Shown: positions 16,482 to 23,290 of the stretch, piece by piece | Position numbering within the stretch: position 1 is the stretch's first letter | Layout of the letters: each line of letters begins with the position of its first letter | Program-made: the position numbers and the translations under genes | Origin: Isosphaeraceae bacterium | GTDB lineage: Bacteria; Planctomycetota; Planctomycetia; Isosphaerales; Isosphaeraceae | Assembly: GCA_965201075.1 (NCBI GenBank) | Contig: CBDAVP010000007.1 | Location: forward strand, 248,001 to 274,281 | DNA length: 26,281 nt | Direction: 5' to 3' | The notes under the pieces: model-generated | Database searches by the model: none | What the model was told of the DNA's origin: nothing | The model's input: the letters and a program-made list of their open reading frames with translations, nothing else

Positions 16482-17186
16482 TCAACCGCGAGCCGAGACC
16501 TGCCGGGACCACTCAAGAATCACGGTGGTGGAACCGCGAGGCTCCACGGCGAGACGGGCCGTCCCCCCGAAGAGTTCGGAAATCCTGGCGGCGATCGTCA
16601 GATCCAGGCCGAGACGGGCGATCGGAGTCGGAATGAGCCGCTCGAAACAATCAGGGTCCAGGTTGGTCGAGACGAGGGTGGCGTGGGGGGGTCGCTCGAC
16701 TCTCGCTGAGATCACCAGCCGGTCGGGAGAGCCGTCCATCGCGAATCGGACGGGGACCGCCCCCTCGGCCGCGATGAGGGTATTGGCCAGGACATAGCGC
16801 AAGGCCGTATGGGCCCGGCCCTGGTCAAGCTCCACCGAGGGCGGGCAGCCGGGGCGAACCTCCAGGGTCGCTGGTGGAAACTCCGACGGGCCTGATCGGT
16901 GGGCAGCCTCGTCGAGGAGGTCGGAGACCAGCCGCGAGGGGTCAAACAGCATCGGAGTCACCCGGACGGGTTCCTCGATCAGTCGCGAGTAATCCGCCAG
17001 GGTCGCGAGCATTCTCTCGACCTGAGCGACGTTCTCGCGGACCATGAGAATGTCTTCGGCGAGTTCCGGGCAGCCAGGGGGAATTTCTTGATCGATGAGT
17101 TGAAGCGACAGGTCGATGGCGTTAAGAGGGTTACGGAGGTCATGAACGACCAGGGAAAGGAATCGAGGATGGATGGGAACGGGCAT
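16482..17186 (-). CDS. Sensor-less histidine-kinase-like protein (DHp plus degenerate HATPase); putative phosphotransferase or phosphatase
   Basis: GGAGGGG RBS. H-box HDLRNPLNAI at residue 15. N-box LRYVLANT, no DxGxG, F-box FERL and G2 box RLGLDL. Confidence 0.8.
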   Translation of the reverse strand: MPVPIHPRFLSLVVHDLRNPLNAIDLSLQLIDQEIPPGCPELAEDILMVRENVAQVERMLATLADYSRLIEEPVRVTPMLFDPSRLVSDLLDEAAHRSGPSEFPPATLEVRPGCPPSVELDQGRAHTALRYVLANTLIAAEGAVPVRFAMDGSPDRLVISARVERPPHATLVSTNLDPDCFERLIPTPIARLGLDLTIAARISELFGGTARLAVEPRGSTTVILEWSRQVSARG

Positions 17187-17254
17187 CGGTCGAGACCCCT
17201 CCGGGACGTCGGGTAGGGGCCAATTCGCAACGACTGGCGTTCGTACTCACACGC

Positions 17255-17452
17255 TCACCACGAAGGCTTCAGCTTCCAGCCCAGAACAAAGCCGATTCCC
17301 ACGGCCCACAGCAGGGCCGATTCCGGCTTCTCCTTAGCGTAGCGGAGAACCGAATCCAGCGTGCCCGTTGCGAACGATTCCAACGTCCCAGCCGCCGGGT
17401 GGGTCGCCCGGGTCATGCTTTCGGGAAATTCGGCGCGAAGGGTATCAATCAT
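17255..17452 (-). CDS. Small tail-anchored membrane protein, ElaB/YqjD (DUF883)-like (65 aa)
   Basis: C-terminal YAKEKPESALLWAVGIGFVLGWKLKPSW matches the 'Y..E.P..A...A.G.G..LG' tail. Start is uncertain. Confidence 0.65.
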   Translation of the reverse strand: MIDTLRAEFPESMTRATHPAAGTLESFATGTLDSVLRYAKEKPESALLWAVGIGFVLGWKLKPSW

Positions 17453-17566
17453 CTTGGGCAATCTCGTGAGCCAGGCGCAACCTCTCTCACAAGGTCGCGT
17501 TGGTCGAAATTTAACACCTTCCACCACCTCGACGACTAAGGAAGAGGGCGGGTTCAGGGCCTCGGC

Positions 17567-17582
17567 TGCAACTCTGGTGCCG
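17567..17582 (-). promoter_or_regulatory. Sigma54 (-24/-12) promoter upstream of the small protein, pseudo-kinase, ferritin-like and CBS genes
   Basis: Minus strand reads CGGCACCAGAGTTGCA: GG-N10-GC spacing with GGCAC and TTGCA (consensus TGGCACG-N4-TTGCW). Confidence 0.75.
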
Positions 17583-17698
17583 TCGGCGAATCACGGTTTC
17601 TGGCCGATCCTCTAGGCAGCGGCATCGATTCGGGGATACGGCGCCGGCGCTGGACGGGGCCAGGGGATTTTGCGATGATCGGGAAGCGTGGTTCATAG

Positions 17699-17714
17699 TG
17701 GTAAGAGGCTTGCT
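17699..17714 (+). promoter_or_regulatory. Sigma54 (-24/-12) promoter candidate upstream of the response regulator
   Basis: TGGTAAGAGGCTTGCT: GG-N10-GC spacing with TTGCT, 69 nt before ATG 17784. Confidence 0.55.
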
Positions 17715-17783
17715 CGGTCGCGGGCACGGGGTCGCCCGGCCAACAGCACGACTCGCCGCCACATCACCACTCCGAGGGACGGC

Positions 17784-19178
17784 ATGCAGCGGAAAATTCT
17801 GCTCGTCGACGATGATTCCTTTAGTTCCACGCAGCTTCGCAAACTCCTGCAGTCGGACGAGTTAAGCGTCGACGCGGTGTCCGACGGACAGGCCGCTCTT
17901 CAAGCCCTCGCCGGGGCCGACTACAGCGTCCTGATCACCGACCTCCGCATGCCCGGAATGGGAGGGATGGACCTGATCCGTGAGATCGCCCAGCGACGTA
18001 TGACCGTGACGACGATCGTCACCACAGCGTTCGGTTCGATCGACCGCGTCGTCGAGGCGATGCGACTGGGTGCCTACGATTTCCTGACAAAGCCGATCGA
18101 TCCCACCTACCTGAAACTGGTAATGGACCGGGCTCTGAAAAAGCGGGCGCTTCAGGATGAGGTGCTCAAACTTCGCCAGCAACTCAAGGAAAGCCACAGT
18201 TTTCACAACATCATCACCAAAAACCAGCGGATGTTCAAAATTTTCGAGCTGGTCCGACACATCGCCGGTACGAAAAGCACGGTGCTGATCGAGGGGGAGA
18301 CCGGGACGGGCAAGGAACTGATCGCGAGGTCCATTCACTACTCGGACGAGAATCGCCAGGGAAACCTGATCTCGGTTAACTGCGCGGCCCTGCCCGAGAC
18401 GTTGCTGGAGAGCGAGCTGTTCGGCCACGAGAAAGGCTCGTTCACCTCGGCCGAGGCTCGACGCAAGGGGCGATTCGAACTGGCCGACAAGGGGACGATT
18501 TTCCTGGACGAAATCGGCGACATCTCCCAGGCGATGCAGGCGAAGCTGCTGCGGGTGCTCCAGGAGAAGCGGTTTGAGCGCGTGGGCGGTCACGACAGCA
18601 TCGACGTCGACGTCCGGGTGGTCGCCGCGACCAACAAGAGCCTGGAAAAAGAGGTCAAGGAATCGAAGTTCCGCGAGGATCTGTATTACCGACTCAACGT
18701 CATCAAGATCGACCTGCCCCCACTGCGCGAGCGGCTCGAGGATATTCCGCTGCTGATTACCCACTTCCTGGGCAAATATGTGCGCCCCGGTGATGCCCCC
18801 AAGAAGGTCGCGCCCGAGGCGATGGAGCGATTATTGACCTACCGATGGCCGGGCAACATCCGCGAGTTGGAGAACGCAATCGAACGCGCTGCGGTGACGA
18901 CGGTAGGGGACACGATCGCGACGGACAACCTACCGACAAGGGTCGGCGGCGGCTCTCACGACGACCGGCCCCGGTTCGAGATCGACCTGAAGGTCCCTTT
19001 GTCCGACTATCTGCGGCAGGTCACCGAGCAGATCGAGCGAGAGTACATCCTCAAGGCCCTGGAAAAGAGCCGGGGGAACGTCGGTCGGTGCGCTGAGCTT
19101 TGCGGCCTGTCAAGGCGGAGTATTTCCGGAAAAATTGGCCAGTACGAGATCGATAAGTACCCGTTCAAGTCGAACTGA
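17784..19178 (+). CDS. Sigma54-dependent response regulator (NtrC/AtoC/ZraR family: REC, AAA+, Fis-type HTH)
   Basis: REC: LLVDDD, ITDLRMP, FLTKP. Walker A GETGTGKE, loop 1 ESELFGHEKGSFTSA, Walker B FLDEIG, FREDLYYRLN, WPGNIRELEN. HTH: ALEKSRGNVGRCAELCGLSR. Confidence 0.95.
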   Translation: MQRKILLVDDDSFSSTQLRKLLQSDELSVDAVSDGQAALQALAGADYSVLITDLRMPGMGGMDLIREIAQRRMTVTTIVTTAFGSIDRVVEAMRLGAYDFLTKPIDPTYLKLVMDRALKKRALQDEVLKLRQQLKESHSFHNIITKNQRMFKIFELVRHIAGTKSTVLIEGETGTGKELIARSIHYSDENRQGNLISVNCAALPETLLESELFGHEKGSFTSAEARRKGRFELADKGTIFLDEIGDISQAMQAKLLRVLQEKRFERVGGHDSIDVDVRVVAATNKSLEKEVKESKFREDLYYRLNVIKIDLPPLRERLEDIPLLITHFLGKYVRPGDAPKKVAPEAMERLLTYRWPGNIRELENAIERAAVTTVGDTIATDNLPTRVGGGSHDDRPRFEIDLKVPLSDYLRQVTEQIEREYILKALEKSRGNVGRCAELCGLSRRSISGKIGQYEIDKYPFKSN

Positions 19179-19191
19179 GCGGCAACAGAAT

Positions 19192-19767
19192 TCACAACTC
19201 GGCCGAGTCGCCTGGGTGCTCGCCCAGGGGGGCGTCGGGGTTGAGCCTCGCGCGGCCTCGGGCGGATTCCTCGTGGCCGAGAGCTTCCACCCCTTCTCCG
19301 TAGTTCGCCACGAGGACGCCACCGAGCCAGGCGGTATAGGCCGAAACACCGCCGCCGGCCAGGCCCAGGGCCCTCGCGGCGAGGCTCACGGGCCGACCGG
19401 TCTGGTGGTCGCGCGATCTCATGGCGAAGCTGGCGGCGAGTAGGGCCGTGGCCAGAACGTTGCCCAGGGCGTGAGTCGTGGCCACCTCGTGACTGGGGCG
19501 ATCCTCGGGGATCTTCGAGTAATCCCGCAGGCCCGTCACGGCCGCCACGGTGGCGCCAACCAGGCCGACACCCATGCTCAGGCGGGCGGCGTCGTCGTAG
19601 GCCCGACCGCCGACGAGCATCCCCAGGGAGTCGCAAAAGGTGCTGAAAGTCCAGCAGCCAAGTGGCAGGGCCACCACCGCCGGATGGGGCGAGTGGCCGA
19701 TCCAGCGCTGGACCTCGTCGATGGCCGGCGCGACCGGCGCGACCAACATCTTGGCGAGTTCGCTCAC
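19192..19767 (-). CDS. DUF2231 domain membrane protein
   Basis: AGGAGA RBS before GTG 19767. HPAVVALPLG, AAVTGLRDY, HALGN and AWLGGVLV...G.GV, with four hydrophobic segments. Confidence 0.8.
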   Translation of the reverse strand: MSELAKMLVAPVAPAIDEVQRWIGHSPHPAVVALPLGCWTFSTFCDSLGMLVGGRAYDDAARLSMGVGLVGATVAAVTGLRDYSKIPEDRPSHEVATTHALGNVLATALLAASFAMRSRDHQTGRPVSLAARALGLAGGGVSAYTAWLGGVLVANYGEGVEALGHEESARGRARLNPDAPLGEHPGDSAEL

Positions 19768-19825
19768 GTTGCGATCTCCTGGGACATAAGCGGACGGGCG
19801 GCGGGGCTCGCGACGCTCGGGGAGT

Positions 19826-19841
19826 TGCGAACCGCGTGCCG
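19826..19841 (-). promoter_or_regulatory. Sigma54 (-24/-12) promoter for the DUF2231 gene
   Basis: Minus strand reads CGGCACGCGGTTCGCA: GGCACG, GG-N10-GC spacing and TCGCA. Confidence 0.65.
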
Positions 19842-19842
19842 G

Positions 19843-19858
19843 TGGCATGGCGGATGCA
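19843..19858 (+). promoter_or_regulatory. Sigma54 (-24/-12) promoter for the YihY gene
   Basis: TGGCATGGCGGATGCA: TGGCA, GG-N10-GC spacing and ATGCA. Confidence 0.62.
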
Positions 19859-19925
19859 GTCGCCAGGTGGGCGCCGCGACGGACCCGACCGGGGGCTCCG
19901 GGCTGGGGTGGGCGTCCCTCGGTCC

Positions 19926-20930
19926 ATGACCCGGAGGCGCTCTGTGTTCCCGCCCATCCGCCTGAAGGAAGCGTTCGGATTCGGTGGCCTGTCCCCCCTG
20001 GAAGCCGGACGGCGGACCTGGCGAGAAGTCAACGACAACGAAATCTTCACCCGAGCCGCCGCCGTCGCCTTCTACGCGATGCTGGCGATGGTTCCGTTCC
20101 TGGCCGTGACCCTGACCATCATCATCCAGCGGCTGCCCGACGTCAGCGTCCGGTCCAAGGTGGATCACCTGCGCGACCAGGCTCTCAGTCAACTGGAGAC
20201 CACTGTCCGTTCGCTCGTCCCCAAGGAGGCGAATGAGCTGGTCATGGACCAGATCGAGCGAATTCAGAAGGGGCCGCCGGTGGGCCTGCTATCGGTCGGG
20301 CTAATCGTGTCACTCTGGCTCTCTTCGAGCCTTTTTCTGGCGATCATTGACGCGATGAACCGGGTTTACGGGGTCACTGAAACGCGGTCCCTGGTGTGGT
20401 TGCGGGTCCTGGCAATGATCATGACGGTGGTGCAGGCGGCGATCCTGCTGGCATCGCTGTTGGTGATCGTGGCCTGGCCGTCCATTCTGGGGGCCATGCA
20501 CCTGGACCCCAACGGATCGGCCGCCTGGCTGGTCTCGGGCGTTCGCTGGGCGGTGGTCCTCCTGATGCTGATGACCAGCTTCTCTCTATCGTTTTACGTC
20601 GCCCCCGACGCCCGTCAGCGCTGGGAGTGGATCACGCCGGGGGCCTTGCTGGGTTCGCTACTGTTCCTGGCGTTCTGCGCCCTGTTCCGCGTCTATGTGC
20701 AGAACTTCGCCAACTACAACCGGACCTACGGGTCGCTGGGCGGAGTGATGGTGATCTTGTTCTGGTTCTGGGCAGTCAGCGTCCTGCTTCTGTCGGCCGG
20801 AGCCCTGAACAAGGTGATTGAAGACGCCTCGCCTTTGGGCAAATCCCACGGGCAGAAGGGCGACGAGAAGGTCGACCCCAGCGTCCGGCCCGACTTCGAG
20901 TCGATGGCTCCAGTCCCCAGGCCCGACTGA
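19926..20930 (+). CDS. YihY/virulence factor BrkB family membrane protein
   Basis: AAAVAFYAMLAMVP, SLWLSS...AMNRVYGVTE.R, PGALLG and YVQNFANYNRTYGSLGGV...W.W. Confidence 0.92.
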   Translation: MTRRRSVFPPIRLKEAFGFGGLSPLEAGRRTWREVNDNEIFTRAAAVAFYAMLAMVPFLAVTLTIIIQRLPDVSVRSKVDHLRDQALSQLETTVRSLVPKEANELVMDQIERIQKGPPVGLLSVGLIVSLWLSSSLFLAIIDAMNRVYGVTETRSLVWLRVLAMIMTVVQAAILLASLLVIVAWPSILGAMHLDPNGSAAWLVSGVRWAVVLLMLMTSFSLSFYVAPDARQRWEWITPGALLGSLLFLAFCALFRVYVQNFANYNRTYGSLGGVMVILFWFWAVSVLLLSAGALNKVIEDASPLGKSHGQKGDEKVDPSVRPDFESMAPVPRPD

Positions 20931-20953
20931 CCCTTGGCGTCTCGTCGCGGGGG

Positions 20954-20982
20954 TTGTCAGGCGGGGGTGGGTGTGCCATAGT
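20954..20982 (+). promoter_or_regulatory. Candidate sigma70-type promoter (extended -10) for nuoL-nuoM
   Basis: TTGTCA-17 nt-CATAGT with TG at -15/-14. Confidence 0.5.
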
Positions 20983-21075
20983 CGGGGGCTCGCCCGGGCT
21001 CGCTCGCTTGTTGAGCGTTGAGGCCGACGCCTGGGCTGGCCCGCCGACCCCCTGACGCCCGAGACTCCCGCGCCG

Positions 21076-23250
21076 ATGAACGCCTGGCCCGGTTGGCTCT
21101 ACGTCGCCGCCGTCCTCCTGCCGCTGATCGCCTTCACGGTCCAGATCGTCGCCGGGCCCCGCCTCGGCCGCCGAGGCGCGTGGGTCGCCACCGTGGCCAT
21201 CGGCGGGTCGTTCGTCCTGAGTGTCCTGGGACTGTTGATCTACGCCGCCGAAACTCGGGCGTTGGGCCTCTTCGGCGGCGGCGAGTCCGCGGCTGGCGCG
21301 ATCTCATGGCAGGGAAGCGTATCGTGGGTCACCCTCGGAGGGAGTCTCGGCGGCCAGCCATTGACGATTCCCCTCGGCGTCCACGTCGACAACCTCACGG
21401 CCTTGATGTTCTTGATGATCACCTTCGTCGCGACCGCCGTCCACGTCTACTCGATGGAGTACATGGACGGCGACCCGCGCTACGGGCGGTTCTTCGCCTA
21501 CCTCTCGCTGTTCTGCTTCGCGATGCTGGGCCTGGTCGCCTCGTCGAGCCTGTTCTTCGTGTTCGTCTTCTGGGAACTGGTCGGGCTCTGCTCTTACCTA
21601 CTCATTGGGTTCTGGAGAGACGATGAGGCCATCAGCCTCGCGGCCGACAAGGCGTTCCTCTTCAACCGGGTCGGCGACATCGGAATGCTGATCGGCCTGG
21701 GACTGGTCTGGGCCCACCTCGGCACGTTCCAGATTGCCGAGATCAACCGCGGGCTCACGAAGACGCGGGCCGATGGCTCTTACGTCCAGCGAGACGCCGA
21801 GGGGCGGATGACGCGGGCGTCGACCGGCGGGGTCGTCGAGGTTGCCTTGAAAGAGGATGGCGCGGGGGCTCCCGAGGGTCGGCGGGCGATCCCCTATGGA
21901 TGGCTGACAGTGGCGGGCCTGGGCCTTTTCGCCGGATGCGCGGCCAAGAGCGCTCAGGTTCCCTTGCACGCCTGGTTGCCCGACGCGATGGCGGGGCCGA
22001 CGCCGGTTTCAGCCCTGATTCACGCGGCGACGATGGTGGCCGCGGGGGTCTATCTGGTCGGTCGGGTCTTCCCGATGTTCACCGCCGAGTCCTTGCTGGT
22101 GATCGCCTATATCGGAGCGATCACGCTGTTCGTCGGAGCGTCGATTGCCCTGGTGCAGTCGGATTACAAGAAGATCCTGGCCTACTCGACGGTCAGTCAG
22201 CTTGGGTTCATGATGCTGGCGATGGGGGTCGGTGGCCGGGCGGCGGGTCTGTTCCACCTGCTGACCCACGCGGGATTCAAGGCGCTGCTGTTCCTGGGAG
22301 CGGGCAGCGTCTTTCACGCGGTGAAGACCTATCGCCTGGAGGAACTGGGCGGGCTGGGCCGGACCATGCGGTTGACAGCCGGGACGATGCTACTGGCGAC
22401 GTTGGCGATCTCGGGGGTTCCGCCCCTGAGCGGTTTCTATTCCAAGGACGCGATCCTTGCGACGGCCTTCGACTTCGTGCGCGTTCACCCGACGCACTGG
22501 CCACTGGCCGTGCTGCCGTTGGTAGGGGCGGCCTTGACGGCGATCTACATGTTCCGCCTCTGGTTCCTGATGTTCGCGGGCGAACCTCGTGGCGCGGCCG
22601 CGGCGAGCGCCCATGAGGGAGGCTGGCGACTGACCGGGCCGCTGCTGGCGCTGGCCGTGCCAACGGCGCTGACGGGCTTGCCGTGGACGATCCTGCCGAT
22701 CCGCACGCCAATCCTGGAACAGATGCTCGAATATGGCGAACTGCTGGCGAGCGTCGACGCCGGCTCGGCCCGCTACCTGGCCCTCGGGGCATCCCTGCTG
22801 GTGGTGGCGGTCGGCGTGGGGCTGGGGGTTCTGGTTTATGGTCCGTGGTCGTCCTGGAGGCGTCTGAGTGCCGAGGCGTTGGCCGCGCGGTCGGGGCCGG
22901 TTTATCGGTTCCTGGTTGGCCGCTGGTACTTCGACGAGGGGATTCGTTCGGCGGTGCTGCGGCCGGTGATGGCCCTCTCGCGGGCGGTACGCCGTTTCGA
23001 CCGGCGAGGTATCGACGGCCTGGTGGACAGCTCGGCGTGGGCGGCGGTTCGGGCTAGCCGCGTCGGGTACTGGCTCGACGTTCGGGTGGTGGATGGCCTG
23101 GTGCTGGGAGTGGCCGGCGCGGTTCGGGGGGCTGGCGAGCATTCCCGTCGCTGGCAGACCGGCAAGCTGCGACATTCGTTGATGGTCCTGACCCTGGGCG
23201 CCGTCGTCCTGGCGGCCGGGGCGATGGTTTGGGCGGCGGCGGGCCGGTGA
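21076..23250 (+). CDS. nuoL: NADH-quinone oxidoreductase subunit L (antiporter-like)
   Basis: VHVYSMEYM, WELVGLCSYLLIGFW, KAFLFNRVGD, KSAQVPLHAWLPDAMAGPTPVSALIHAATMV, KKILAYSTVSQLG, HAGFKALLF, FYSKDAIL and C-terminal QTG. Confidence 0.9.
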   Translation: MNAWPGWLYVAAVLLPLIAFTVQIVAGPRLGRRGAWVATVAIGGSFVLSVLGLLIYAAETRALGLFGGGESAAGAISWQGSVSWVTLGGSLGGQPLTIPLGVHVDNLTALMFLMITFVATAVHVYSMEYMDGDPRYGRFFAYLSLFCFAMLGLVASSSLFFVFVFWELVGLCSYLLIGFWRDDEAISLAADKAFLFNRVGDIGMLIGLGLVWAHLGTFQIAEINRGLTKTRADGSYVQRDAEGRMTRASTGGVVEVALKEDGAGAPEGRRAIPYGWLTVAGLGLFAGCAAKSAQVPLHAWLPDAMAGPTPVSALIHAATMVAAGVYLVGRVFPMFTAESLLVIAYIGAITLFVGASIALVQSDYKKILAYSTVSQLGFMMLAMGVGGRAAGLFHLLTHAGFKALLFLGAGSVFHAVKTYRLEELGGLGRTMRLTAGTMLLATLAISGVPPLSGFYSKDAILATAFDFVRVHPTHWPLAVLPLVGAALTAIYMFRLWFLMFAGEPRGAAAASAHEGGWRLTGPLLALAVPTALTGLPWTILPIRTPILEQMLEYGELLASVDAGSARYLALGASLLVVAVGVGLGVLVYGPWSSWRRLSAEALAARSGPVYRFLVGRWYFDEGIRSAVLRPVMALSRAVRRFDRRGIDGLVDSSAWAAVRASRVGYWLDVRVVDGLVLGVAGAVRGAGEHSRRWQTGKLRHSLMVLTLGAVVLAAGAMVWAAAGR

Positions 23251-23290
23251 CTTCTTGATCGACGAGGAATGGGGCGGATTCGGGACGACC

